A DNA stretch of 37,168 nt, taken from Verrucomicrobiota bacterium. Its GTDB lineage: Bacteria; Verrucomicrobiota; Lentisphaeria; Lentisphaerales; Lentisphaeraceae. Within the stretch, counting starts at the first letter, position 1, and every line of letters begins with the position of its first letter. The notes under the pieces are model-generated. The model had not been told where the DNA came from, ran no database searches, and worked only from the letters and a program-made list of their open reading frames with translations. The position numbers and the translations under genes were made by a program. This document shows positions 9,385 to 18,264 of this stretch, one piece after another. The stretch lies in assembly GCA_039798785.1 (NCBI GenBank), contig JBDKFG010000049.1, forward strand, positions 1 through 37,168, given 5' to 3'.

Positions 9385-10574
9385 GTGTGCCTGGCATGGG
9401 CACTGTCACATGAAATGAAAGGAGATCATCGGAGGGATCAGCTAACACACCCACCCAACCGTAGCCGAACGGGGCGAGAGCCCATAGCAAGGCCCAACCG
9501 CGAGGGTAAGCCGAAAGAAGCCGGAGGCGAAGTCGCGACCGTAGTCAAGCGAAGCGTTTATGAGGCAGACGTGCGAGAGACAAGCCAGCTAGCAAGCGCG
9601 AAGTCCCAAGCTGATAGAGCACGATGTAGAGACGCCCGGCACGCGATGAATGACAGTGCGCCTTACCCAGGGAGATCTCCGCCGTGAGAGCGGTGGAGAA
9701 GTCAACGCTGATCGGCAAGCAGGTGCGCGACAAGCCCACTCTCAAACTGATCGGCAGCTTCCTGATAGCGCCGATGATGATCGACGGAAAGCGCCACAAA
9801 CGCAGCGAGGGAACGCCGCAAGGAGGCCCCTTGTCGCCGATGCTGGCCAACATTTATCTGGACCCGCTCGACAAGGAGCTTGAGAGGCGAGGCATCTCCT
9901 TCGTCCGCTATGCTGACGACTGCAACATCTTTGTCGAGACTGAAGCCGAGGCCGTGATGATCTACGAGGAAATCACTGCGTGGATCGAGGCCAAACTCCG
10001 ACTCAAGATCAACCGGGATAAAAGCGGCACTGGCCGACCCTGGGAGCGCAAATTCCTGGGCTTCATCACCGAAAGCGAGGCCATCGTCCCCGCCGAGAAG
10101 GCGCTGGAGAAGTTCAAGGACCGCGTGCGCGAACTGTGGAATGCGAGGCAATCCAAGACCAGCACTCAGCTGCGGGATCAATGGGAGCGTTACATCCGTG
10201 GTTGGTATGGCTACTTCCGGCTCAATGAAGAGGAGGGGATCTTCAAGAAGCTCGATGGATGGATTCGTCGCCACATCCGCAAGTGTTTCTGGCAGAGGTG
10301 GCATTCACCGGAAGGGCGGCTGCGGCATTTGCGGCATCTCGGAGTGAAGAAGAAACTGCTGTCAATGAGTCGAAGCAGCCGCAGCCCTTGGCGACTCGCC
10401 AAGTGTTCAGCGATGCAAGCGGGTCTATCGAATAAAGTCCTGCGGAAATACGGATTCCTTTGTCTTCTGGATCTGCCGGGCTAAGCCCGGGTCGTCCAAC
10501 CGCCGTATGCGGAAAACCGCACGTGCGGTGGTGTGGGAGGGCTGTCGGGCGCAATCCCGGCAGCTCGACCCAAT
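9385..10574 (+). mobile_element. Class C (IIC) group II intron, internally deleted
   Basis: 5' end GTGTGCCTGGCATGGGC; DI/DII junction CTTACCCAGGGAGATCTC...GAGAAGTCA; DV ACCGCCGTATGCGGAAAACCGCACGTGCGGTGGT with CGC triad (~10499-10532); DVI and 3' AT at 10573-10574. Removing it restores the REP arm. Confidence 0.92.
9705..10484 (+). pseudogene. ltrA: N-terminally truncated group II intron reverse transcriptase/maturase (RT4-7 plus X/thumb)
   Basis: GTPQGGPLSPMLANIYLD, RYADD, KFLGF, IRGWYGYF, LDGWIRRHIR. RT0-RT3 are absent and the ORF joins directly onto RNA domain II (in-frame GTG at 9684). Confidence 0.85.
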
Positions 10575-10612
10575 CAAACCTAGAACTCTTGACTCTCGAG
10601 GCAAGTGCTGGA

Positions 10613-11569
10613 TCATTTAGTTGTCGATTCGGGGGTCGATGCAGTCGCCGCCCGAGCTTGTCGGCGCTCGCGGATGTTCTGAGTGAGTGCTTCTTCCAAT
10701 TGCCGGAAGTAGGCATCCTGGTCGGGGGTGACCCAGGTCGGATCTTCGGGTTTTCTCGGTGACAGGATGTCGTGAAACTGCGGTTTTTCGGGAGGCAAAG
10801 CGAGGATATCGGCGCGCAGCGCGGTGCTCATCGCCGCCCATTGGGCCTGCTCCGCCGCGCTCCACTCACCGGGGCGCTCGGCCATCTCACTGGCCAGGCG
10901 CAGAGCTTCCACCACACGGCTGCCTTGCCAGTTGCCGCGCCAGATCAGGGATCGTTCGATCGGTAACTGGGGTTCGGGATGATCCTTGTGCAATTGGCGC
11001 AGCTCGCTAGCCATGGCGTACATATCTTCGAGATAGTGGCGCTTCTCCGGCGGTAGCTGCGCCGACCATTCCAGTATCACTTCAGGAGCAGGAGTGCTGC
11101 CATAATCCCCAGGATGAAACCAGTACTTATAAAGGTTGCGTTCATCCAGTCCGACGAGCTTCTGGGCCTGGCGAAAGGCGGCTTCGAGGCTATCCCTCCG
11201 CCAGATTTGCTCGGGAGTGAGGCCACGAAGCTGATCCTCCAGCATTTGTGACTGAGCCCTCTTGGCTACATAATGTTCTGCGAGCTGCCGCCAGACCGCA
11301 GTTTGGGCGGTCTCAAGATCGCTATCCGGCGACAGGATATTCGCGAGAGGATTGGCTGTTGCTGCCAGCGGAAAAGCGGCACTCGGTGCGCGCGTTTTTA
11401 CATGCTCTGCAGGAGGAGGCGCCGTTTTGCCGGCATGTCCCGTGGGCCTAAGGGTGGCGTTTGAGACCGGATCCGCCAGTGAATCTGCAGCTTGTTTCGG
11501 CGGCTGCGTGGCCAGCCAGCCGATGACAAGGAGTGAGACGACATGCAAGGCCAGGTGCAGTCGATTCAT
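10613..11569 (-). CDS. Hypothetical N-terminally anchored/exported helical protein (paralog of 11566-12411)
   Basis: 318-aa ORF with a hydrophobic N-terminus, ATGA overlap with the upstream gene, and shared blocks ELRQL...HP.P and ALPP.KP. Confidence 0.7.
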   Translation of the reverse strand: MNRLHLALHVVSLLVIGWLATQPPKQAADSLADPVSNATLRPTGHAGKTAPPPAEHVKTRAPSAAFPLAATANPLANILSPDSDLETAQTAVWRQLAEHYVAKRAQSQMLEDQLRGLTPEQIWRRDSLEAAFRQAQKLVGLDERNLYKYWFHPGDYGSTPAPEVILEWSAQLPPEKRHYLEDMYAMASELRQLHKDHPEPQLPIERSLIWRGNWQGSRVVEALRLASEMAERPGEWSAAEQAQWAAMSTALRADILALPPEKPQFHDILSPRKPEDPTWVTPDQDAYFRQLEEALTQNIRERRQARAATASTPESTTK

Positions 11570-12411
11570 CGGGAAGCTTCCTGCTGACGATTTTGAACGC
11601 CAACTTCCATATATTTCCGCATTTGCTCGAACAATTGGCTGGCTGAGCGTTCCGTCTCGCCACGAAGAAAGGCATCGCGTTTGGGTTTCAGCGGTGGCAA
11701 GGCATCGGCTTGCGTCATCAGTTTATCGAACGCCTCCTGCCAGGCGAACGTGGCCAGCGCCGAATCGGCGCCGATGCCAGCCTTCAGGCGGCGGTCGTGG
11801 CTCCACATCACTTCGCATAAGGCGTCGCTGATTTCGGCTTCGGAGGCAACCGGCAAGGACTCTACAACGCCGCTGTAATACCATTGTTCAGGCAAGGGAT
11901 GGGATTGATACAGCTGCCGCAGCTCCTCGACCAGCGGGATCATCTGCTTCAGCACCGCGGCTGAGGTGGGATCGGCGTTTTGGGCGGCACTAGTCAGACT
12001 GCCAATCTCATCCGCCTCAAAGCTGCTCAGCCAGCTATAGGCATCCCCAGGAGAGGCGATCTGTTGCGCCAGGAGCTCCGTTGCCAGAATCAGGCGCTGG
12101 CTGCGTTCAAAAGCGTCCGGAGGCATGTGGCGGAGCTTGGCCACGAGATACTGTTGACGGCGAAGTCTGTCAACAATCTGTTGCGCTTCCTCCACCTCGT
12201 CCTTGTAGAAGTAGCGATCGCAAGCGTCGCCGGAGGAAGGCAGTGCCTGGCTGCTGTGCGGATTTGGCATGGGCGGCGCAAAGCTGTCGGCAGGTGTAGA
12301 TGCTGACGACGAACTCGGCTTCGGCCCCAGGCCGAAGCCAAGTTCGCGGCTGTGCAGCAGGCAGGCGATGAGCGCCAGACTAAGGCCATGGAGAAGCCAA
12401 TGCCGGCGCAT
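11566..12411 (-). CDS. Hypothetical N-terminally anchored/exported helical protein (paralog of 10613-11569)
   Basis: 281-aa ORF starting 6 nt after the ilvD stop; hydrophobic N-terminus followed by a Ser/Pro linker. Confidence 0.7.
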   Translation of the reverse strand: MRRHWLLHGLSLALIACLLHSRELGFGLGPKPSSSSASTPADSFAPPMPNPHSSQALPSSGDACDRYFYKDEVEEAQQIVDRLRRQQYLVAKLRHMPPDAFERSQRLILATELLAQQIASPGDAYSWLSSFEADEIGSLTSAAQNADPTSAAVLKQMIPLVEELRQLYQSHPLPEQWYYSGVVESLPVASEAEISDALCEVMWSHDRRLKAGIGADSALATFAWQEAFDKLMTQADALPPLKPKRDAFLRGETERSASQLFEQMRKYMEVGVQNRQQEASR

Positions 12412-12417
12412 CGGGCC

Positions 12418-14106
12418 TTACTCTTCGTCGGTGACGCAGCCTTCGGAGGCGTTCTTGACCAGGCGGATGTATTTGCCGAGGGTGCCGCGGGTGGCCTTGA
12501 GGGCGGGGGCGGTCCACTGCGCCTTGCGCTTGGCCAGTTCGGCTTCGGGAACCAGGAGGTTGATCTCGTTGGTTTCCGAGTCGATGACCACGGTGTCGCC
12601 GCTCTTGACCAGGGCGATGGGGCCGCCTTCCTGGGCTTCGGGGACGCAGTGGCCGATGATGAAGCCGTGCGAACCGCCGGAGAAGCGGCCGTCGGTGATC
12701 AGGGCGACCTTGCCGATCAGGCCGTAGCCGGCGAGGGCGGAGGTGGGGGTGAGCATCTCGGGCATGCCGGGGCCGCCCTTGGGGCCTTCGTAGCGGATGA
12801 TGATGACGCAGCCTTCCTTGATCTCGCCCTTTTCGAGGCCCTTGATCATGTCCTCTTCGCAGTCATAGACCGCGGCGGGGCCTTCGAAGCGCAGGCCTTC
12901 CTTGCCGGTGATCTTGCCGACGGCGCCGCCGGGGGCGAGGGTGCCGCGCAGGATGGCGATGTGGCCGTCCTTCTTCAGCGGCTTGTCCAGAGGCATGACG
13001 ACCTTCTGCATCTCTTTCAGGTCGGGCAGGTCCTTGAGATTCTCGGCGATGGTCTTGCCGGTGACGGTTTTCTGCGAGCCGTCAAGCAGGCCGTGCTTGA
13101 GCATCAGTTTCATCACCGCGGGAATGCCGCCGGCGTTGTGCAGGTCTTCGAAGACCCATTTGCCCGAGGGCTTGAGGTCGGCGAGGAGCGGAGTGGTGGC
13201 GCTGACTTCTTTCCAGTCGTCGATGGTGATGTCGATGCCGAAGGATTTCGCCATGGCGATGGAGTGGAGGACGCAGTTGGTGGAGGCGCCGGTGATGATG
13301 GTCAGGCGCATCGCGTTGATGAAGGACTGGCGGGTGACGATGTCGCGCGGCTTGAGGTCGATTTCAAGCAGGTGGCGGACCGCCTTGCCGGCGTTGAGGC
13401 ATTCGTTGATTTTCTGCTTCGATTCGGCGGGGGCGCAGGAGGAGTAGGGCAGCGAGAGGCCCATGCACTCGATGAAGGCGGCCATGGTGTTGGCGGTGTA
13501 CATGCCGCCGCAGGCGCCGGCGCCGGGGCAGGAGTGCTGGATGATGGCGCGGCGTTCATCTTCGGTGATCGAGCCGGCGAGGGCTTGGCCGTAGCTCTGG
13601 AAGGCGCTGACCACGTCGAGCACTTCTTTCTTGCCCTTGATCTCGGTGCAGCCGGGCTTGATGGTGCCGCCGTAGATCATCAGGCCGGGGCGGTTGAGGC
13701 GCCCCATGGCCATGATCACGCCGGGCATGTTCTTGTCGCAGCCGGGGATGGTGACGAGGCCGTCGTACCACTGGGCGGACATGACGGTCTCGACGCTGTC
13801 GGCGATGATGTCGCGCGACTGGAGCGAGTAGCTCATGCCGTCGGTGCCCATTGAGATGCCGTCGGAGACGCCGATGGTGTTGAAGCGCATGCCGACGAGG
13901 TCGGCCTGCTTGACGCCGTCGTGGACCAGCTTGGCGAGCTCGTTGAGGTGCATGTTGCAGGGGTTGCCTTCCCACCAGACCGAGGCGATGCCGACCTGGG
14001 CCTTGGCCATATCGCTTTCCTTCAGGCCGGTGGCGTAGAGCATGGCCTGAGAGGCGCCCTGGGAGGCGGGCTGGGTGATGCGGGCGGAGTATTTGTTGAT
14101 CGACAT
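12418..14106 (-). CDS. ilvD: Dihydroxy-acid dehydratase
   Basis: [55 protein letters not shown]; start set at MSINKYS (14106). Confidence 0.97.
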   Translation of the reverse strand: MSINKYSARITQPASQGASQAMLYATGLKESDMAKAQVGIASVWWEGNPCNMHLNELAKLVHDGVKQADLVGMRFNTIGVSDGISMGTDGMSYSLQSRDIIADSVETVMSAQWYDGLVTIPGCDKNMPGVIMAMGRLNRPGLMIYGGTIKPGCTEIKGKKEVLDVVSAFQSYGQALAGSITEDERRAIIQHSCPGAGACGGMYTANTMAAFIECMGLSLPYSSCAPAESKQKINECLNAGKAVRHLLEIDLKPRDIVTRQSFINAMRLTIITGASTNCVLHSIAMAKSFGIDITIDDWKEVSATTPLLADLKPSGKWVFEDLHNAGGIPAVMKLMLKHGLLDGSQKTVTGKTIAENLKDLPDLKEMQKVVMPLDKPLKKDGHIAILRGTLAPGGAVGKITGKEGLRFEGPAAVYDCEEDMIKGLEKGEIKEGCVIIIRYEGPKGGPGMPEMLTPTSALAGYGLIGKVALITDGRFSGGSHGFIIGHCVPEAQEGGPIALVKSGDTVVIDSETNEINLLVPEAELAKRKAQWTAPALKATRGTLGKYIRLVKNASEGCVTDEE

Positions 14107-14183
14107 GGCAGGATCCTTGGTCGGTTGACGAATTTTCGGGCCGGCCAATCTAATCCTGCGCTTCAATCATGCTAGGGAAGGTG

Positions 14184-14213
14184 ACACTCCCACACTCCCA
14201 CACTCCCACACTC
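14184..14213. repeat. Octamer tandem repeat (ACACTCCC) x3.75 upstream of ilvD
   Basis: ACACTCCC at 14184, 14192 and 14200, then ACACTC at 14208. Confidence 0.9.
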
Positions 14214-14224
14214 GGCCCTAGGAC

Positions 14225-15316
14225 TCAGGCTTTGAGTGCAGATTGAGTTGAGTGGATACCGGGGCGTGCCGCCAGAGGGAGCTCGAAGAAGAAGACCCCA
14301 CCTTTCTCGAGGCGATGGTATTGCAATTCGGAACCGAGGCTTTTGCAGAGGCGGGCGCAGATCGCCAGGCCGAGGCCGAAGCCGCTGTCGCTTGAACTTC
14401 GCTTGAAGGCAGTCATCAGGTGACTGGCGACCTCCTCGGGAAGTCCCTTTCCGTCGTCGCGGATGGAAAAGACCGCCTGCTCGCCCTTGTGGCTGACCTG
14501 GATCTGCAGTTTTTTGCAATGGCTGTGCTTAAGTGCGTTGTCGGCAAGATTGGTCAGCACTTGCCGGAAGCGAGTGATGTCGGTCTCGATCAGGGTTTTT
14601 TCTTCGGGCAACTGCAGTTCGAGCTGGATCTTGCGGAGCCTGGCGGCAATTCCTAGCTGACTGCTCAGGTTCGTCAGAACCGCATCGGCGTCGACCGTTG
14701 ACGGGCTGAAGCTCAGGGAGCTGGACTTTTCCTTGGCGATGATGAGGAAGTCATCAGTGAGGGCGTGAAGGTAGCGGCTGGACTCGAAGAGCAGGTCCAG
14801 CATGTGCTGTTCCTTGTTTTCCTGGGAATCGCGCAAGAGTTCGATGACGTTAATGATGACTCCGAGGGGGGATCGAATGTCGTGAGTGAGGGCTGCCATC
14901 AAGATATCCCGCTCTTTCTCCAGTTCGCGGATCCGCTTTTTTTGGAGATGGGTGCTGCTGAGGTGGAGGAGTCGGGCGGAAAGCAGTTCCATGTTGAGCG
15001 GCTTCTCGAGGAAGTCCGAGCCCCCGGAACGGATGAAGTTCATCGCCAGTTCAAGCGAGCCATGGCCGGTCATCATCACCAGGGGAGGCAGTGTCCGGCC
15101 GGTTTCAAGCAGCCGGCTGAGAAGATCCATGCCGCTCATCTCGGGCATGCTGTAATCGATCAGGATGCAGTCATAATCGCCCTTGACGACCCAGTCGACG
15201 GCGGCGAGGGGATCTCGAATTGTGCTGACCCGTGCATCGAAACCGAACCAGCGTCGGACCATGTCGCAGATTTCCTGCTCGTCGTCGATCACCAGGATGT
15301 GGGGTTTGATATTCAT
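14225..15316 (-). CDS. Hybrid response regulator-histidine kinase (REC-HisKA-HATPase)
   Basis: REC ILVIDDE...IDYSMP...KP; H-box THDIRSPL; N-box NLADNALK; DDGKG and GFGLGL; AAGGAG RBS 7 nt before ATG 15316. Confidence 0.9.
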   Translation of the reverse strand: MNIKPHILVIDDEQEICDMVRRWFGFDARVSTIRDPLAAVDWVVKGDYDCILIDYSMPEMSGMDLLSRLLETGRTLPPLVMMTGHGSLELAMNFIRSGGSDFLEKPLNMELLSARLLHLSSTHLQKKRIRELEKERDILMAALTHDIRSPLGVIINVIELLRDSQENKEQHMLDLLFESSRYLHALTDDFLIIAKEKSSSLSFSPSTVDADAVLTNLSSQLGIAARLRKIQLELQLPEEKTLIETDITRFRQVLTNLADNALKHSHCKKLQIQVSHKGEQAVFSIRDDGKGLPEEVASHLMTAFKRSSSDSGFGLGLAICARLCKSLGSELQYHRLEKGGVFFFELPLAARPGIHSTQSALKA

Positions 15317-15442
15317 AGGCACACTCCTTAGAATCCGATTTGCCCTTCAACAAGAGAAACGCGGATTCATCCCGATACGCGGCACGGAACAACGCGATTT
15401 GTTGAATTTTGAAAACACGAGCCCGCTCAAGGGCTCAGGATG

Positions 15443-15778
15443 TCAGCTTTGCATCAGGTGGACGAAGGCGTCGTATTCGGCCTGGACCTGAGTCACTTTG
15501 GTCTGATATTCGGGGCTGCCGACGGCACCTTTGAGGACCATCGACTCCAGTTGGTCGGCAAGAGAGCTGAGCTCGGTCAGCCCAAGATTGCCTGAAGATC
15601 CCTTGATGCTATGAGCGTGGCGCCGCAGGTCTTGCGAGGCCACGCTGGCTTTCTGCAGGGCGTCAATCGCCTCCGGCAGGGTTTCCATCATGATCGCGGC
15701 AAGATCGTCGAGATCGCTTGCCTCCAAGCCCAGAGAATCCTGGAGAGCTTGGTACCACTGTTGTTTGCTTGTGTACAT
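15443..15778 (-). CDS. Stand-alone Hpt phosphotransfer protein
   Basis: LRRHAHSIKGSSGNLG Hpt motif; 111 aa, helical. Confidence 0.88.
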   Translation of the reverse strand: MYTSKQQWYQALQDSLGLEASDLDDLAAIMMETLPEAIDALQKASVASQDLRRHAHSIKGSSGNLGLTELSSLADQLESMVLKGAVGSPEYQTKVTQVQAEYDAFVHLMQS

Positions 15779-15786
15779 GGTGAGCC

Positions 15787-16275
15787 TTATTTGCTGGCCG
15801 CTTTAAAGACGTCTTCGGGAGTCTTGAAATCGCCTTTGAGCGAGACGACCGAGCCGTCGCCCTTGAGGACGTTGACATGGCCGTCGGCCCACAATCCGGG
15901 TTTTTCGCATGCGATGGGGAGATTGGCGGCGGCGCTCCATCGCTTGCCGGCTAGGGCACTGTTGTAGATGAAATCGCCGGCACCTGCGTCGATGGCGGCG
16001 GCGTCCTTGGGTGCTGGGGTTCCGGCTCCTTGAATCACCCAGGCCGAGGAGTCGAGGCCGAGGCCGGATGCTTTGGCGGGGAGGGGCTCGTCTTCGGCGA
16101 TGTATTTCGTCGCCAGGGCGACGGCGAGCTGGCGCAGGCAGTGCTTGCTCACCGGGTCAAAACGGCCTTGGAGCTTTCGAGCCGGGGCCGCTTCGGCGGC
16201 GACCAAGGGGCTGGCGAGAGGGAGGAGGGGGGCGCTGGCGGTGAGCAGCATCAGGCAGATTCGGCCGGTGATCAT
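15787..16275 (-). CDS. Exported hypothetical protein with a C-terminal H-X9-DG-like (pseudopilin-associated) motif
   Basis: Signal-peptide-like N-terminus; C...L.QL.AL..Y block; CEKPGLWADGHVNVLKGDGSV. Confidence 0.6.
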   Translation of the reverse strand: MITGRICLMLLTASAPLLPLASPLVAAEAAPARKLQGRFDPVSKHCLRQLAVALATKYIAEDEPLPAKASGLGLDSSAWVIQGAGTPAPKDAAAIDAGAGDFIYNSALAGKRWSAAANLPIACEKPGLWADGHVNVLKGDGSVVSLKGDFKTPEDVFKAASK

Positions 16276-16356
16276 GGATGGGGCTCCGTGAATTGTCACA
16301 TGGGCAATTATGCATCCACTATCATGTTTGAAGCAAGAGTGGCTTAGGGGAAATGT

Positions 16357-16752
16357 TCAGGAATTCGTTGTGGCGATCTGGCGGAACAAGAAGGAGAAGT
16401 CCTTCAGGCAGTCGCGGATGTCGTAGCGGAGGGCGTCTGCAGCTCCGGCGACGTCGCGCTTCTCGAGGCATTGGTTGAAGCCCATCACGGCAGCCTCGAA
16501 GTTCTGTCGGATCGAATTGAAGGTGTCGGCGTCGACTTGCTGGAAGGAGTCGATCTGGGCGCAGACGGCTCCGAGAAAGCCGAGAAAGGCGCCGAGCCCT
16601 TGGGCGATCTGGGACACGCCTTCGAAGGCCTGCGAGTCCTCGCCCCGGTCGAAGGCGGCGCAGGTGTCCTCGATCAGGGTGTCGAGGGCACGAAAGGCCT
16701 CGGAGGAGTCTTGGATGGCTTGCAGAAGATTCGGGTCGATGGTGGTGGACAT
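16357..16752 (-). CDS. Small acidic helical hypothetical protein
   Basis: AAGGAG RBS before ATG 16752; 131 aa ending ADALRYDI; codon pattern like its neighbours. Confidence 0.7.
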   Translation of the reverse strand: MSTTIDPNLLQAIQDSSEAFRALDTLIEDTCAAFDRGEDSQAFEGVSQIAQGLGAFLGFLGAVCAQIDSFQQVDADTFNSIRQNFEAAVMGFNQCLEKRDVAGAADALRYDIRDCLKDFSFLFRQIATTNS

Positions 16753-16822
16753 GGGAGCTCCTTGGGTTGATGTCAAATTGATTTCGGAGGTGGATGGGGC
16801 TCCTGCTTGAAGTGTGGTGGGA

Positions 16823-18253
16823 TTAGTTGTTATCTCCGAATTCCTTGTCGGCGTCCCATTCTCCGGATTTGCGGTATTCGTCGAGTTTGTTGCGCAGCGT
16901 CCGGGCGGTGAAGCCGAGGAGTTCGGCGGCGCGGCTTTTCTGGCCCTTGGTATGGCGCAGGGCCTGTTTTATGGTTTCGCGCTCGAGATCGTGGAGGTTG
17001 AAGCTTGAGGCCGCCTGAGAGCCCGGAGCGGGGCTGCCGCTGCTGGGGGGCAGTGGGGCGGCTCGGCCTTTCATGAGCGATGCTGGCAGGGCTTCCGCTC
17101 CGATTTCGGGGCCGTCTTCGAGGACGGACAGGCGTTCGATCATGTTTTCCAGTTCGCGGACGTTGCCGGGCCATGAGTAGTCGCCGAGGGCGGCGAGGGC
17201 GGCGCGGCTGAAGCTGAGGGGGCGTCCGGCGCGGCGCGCGGCCTTTTCGAGCATGCTTCTGGCGAGGATCTCGATGTCGCCCGGGCGTTCACGCAGGGGC
17301 GGCACCTGGATCGGGATGACATTGAGGCGGTAATAGAGGTCTTCGCGGAAGCGGCCCTCGTCGACTTCCTTGCGGAGATCGCGATTGGTCGAGGCGATGA
17401 TCCGGACGTCGACCTTGACGGTGCGGTTGCCGCCGACCCTTTCGAATTCCGACTCCTGGAGGACGCGGAGGAGCTTCGATTGCATCGCGAGGGGGATTTC
17501 TCCGATCTCGTCGAGCAGCAGGGTGCCGCCGTCGGCGAGTTCGAAGCGTCCGACGCGGCGCTCGTTGGCGCCGGTGAAGGCACCTTTTTCGTGGCCGAAG
17601 AGTTCGGATTCGATCAGGTTTTCCGGCACGGCGGCGCAGTTGAGGCGGATGTAGGGCGCCTTGCGCTCGGGATTGGCGGCGGCCTCGATGGCGGAGGCGA
17701 CCATTTCCTTACCGGTGCCGGACTCGCCGGTGACAAGGACGGTGACGCGGGAGCGAGCGACCTTTCTGACCAGCTTCATCACTTCCTGCATCGCGGGGGA
17801 CTTGCCGAGCAGCTCCTTGCCGCCGGCGGTGACGCCGCCGGTGCGGGCGGCGAGCTCGTTGGCGAGGTATTGGCGTTCGGAGTTCATCTGCAGCCAGCGG
17901 CTGGCCTTTTCGAAGATGACGTCGGTCTGGTCGGGGGAGAAGGGCTTGAGGATGAAGTCGTAGGCGCCGAGCTTGATCGCCTCGACCGCAGTTTCGACCG
18001 TGCCGTAGGCGGTCATCAGGACGAAGAGGCTGGCGGGCGATTTGGCGCGGTAGTGCTTGAGCACATCCATGCCGTTGGCCTTGCCCATCTTGTAGTCGCA
18101 GAAGATGAGCTGGAAATCGTGCTTGTCGGCGAGCTTCATCGCCTCTTCGCCGTTGGCGGCGGTGATCACCTCGACGCCGTGGCGCGCCAGGGTTTCGACG
18201 AGCACGTCGCGGATCATGAATTCGTCGTCGCAGACGAGGACCTTGTCAATCAT
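16823..18253 (-). CDS. Sigma54-dependent response regulator (NtrC family, FleR/FlgR-like)
   Basis: REC (VLVCDDE, CDYKM), Walker A GESGTGKE, GAFTGA loop, LLLDEIGE, FREDLYYRLNV, WPGNVREL, C-terminal Fis-type HTH. Confidence 0.93.
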   Translation of the reverse strand: MIDKVLVCDDEFMIRDVLVETLARHGVEVITAANGEEAMKLADKHDFQLIFCDYKMGKANGMDVLKHYRAKSPASLFVLMTAYGTVETAVEAIKLGAYDFILKPFSPDQTDVIFEKASRWLQMNSERQYLANELAARTGGVTAGGKELLGKSPAMQEVMKLVRKVARSRVTVLVTGESGTGKEMVASAIEAAANPERKAPYIRLNCAAVPENLIESELFGHEKGAFTGANERRVGRFELADGGTLLLDEIGEIPLAMQSKLLRVLQESEFERVGGNRTVKVDVRIIASTNRDLRKEVDEGRFREDLYYRLNVIPIQVPPLRERPGDIEILARSMLEKAARRAGRPLSFSRAALAALGDYSWPGNVRELENMIERLSVLEDGPEIGAEALPASLMKGRAAPLPPSSGSPAPGSQAASSFNLHDLERETIKQALRHTKGQKSRAAELLGFTARTLRNKLDEYRKSGEWDADKEFGDNN

Positions 18254-18264
18254 TTGGAGCGCCT

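Larger units (their letters stand above)
9273..10600. mobile_element. MITE (138 bp once the intron is removed) with 19-bp TIRs and 7-bp TSD
   Basis: TIR-L CTCGAGAGTCACGAGTTCT 9273-9291; TIR-R AGAACTCTTGACTCTCGAG 10582-10600 (1 mismatch); direct repeat GCAAGTG at 9266-9272 and 10601-10607. Confidence 0.8.

Noticed and set aside
9385..10574. Retron or defence-associated RT with a novel ncRNA
   Set aside because: The flanking RNA has canonical IIC 5' end, DV, DVI and AT terminus, and the protein has an X/maturase domain and no VTG motif.
9120..12540. Diversity-generating retroelement (RT next to a TR/VR-like repeat pair with ilvD as target)
   Set aside because: Only 7 of 20 mismatches are at adenines of the remnant on the coding strand, and the rest involve C, G and T. 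The RT has YADD/PQG group II intron motifs with DV/DVI, and there is no avd gene.
15375..15400. Possible sigma54 site CGGCACGGAACAACGC
   Set aside because: GG-to-GC spacing is 11 rather than 10, and it is on the strand opposite the flanking genes.
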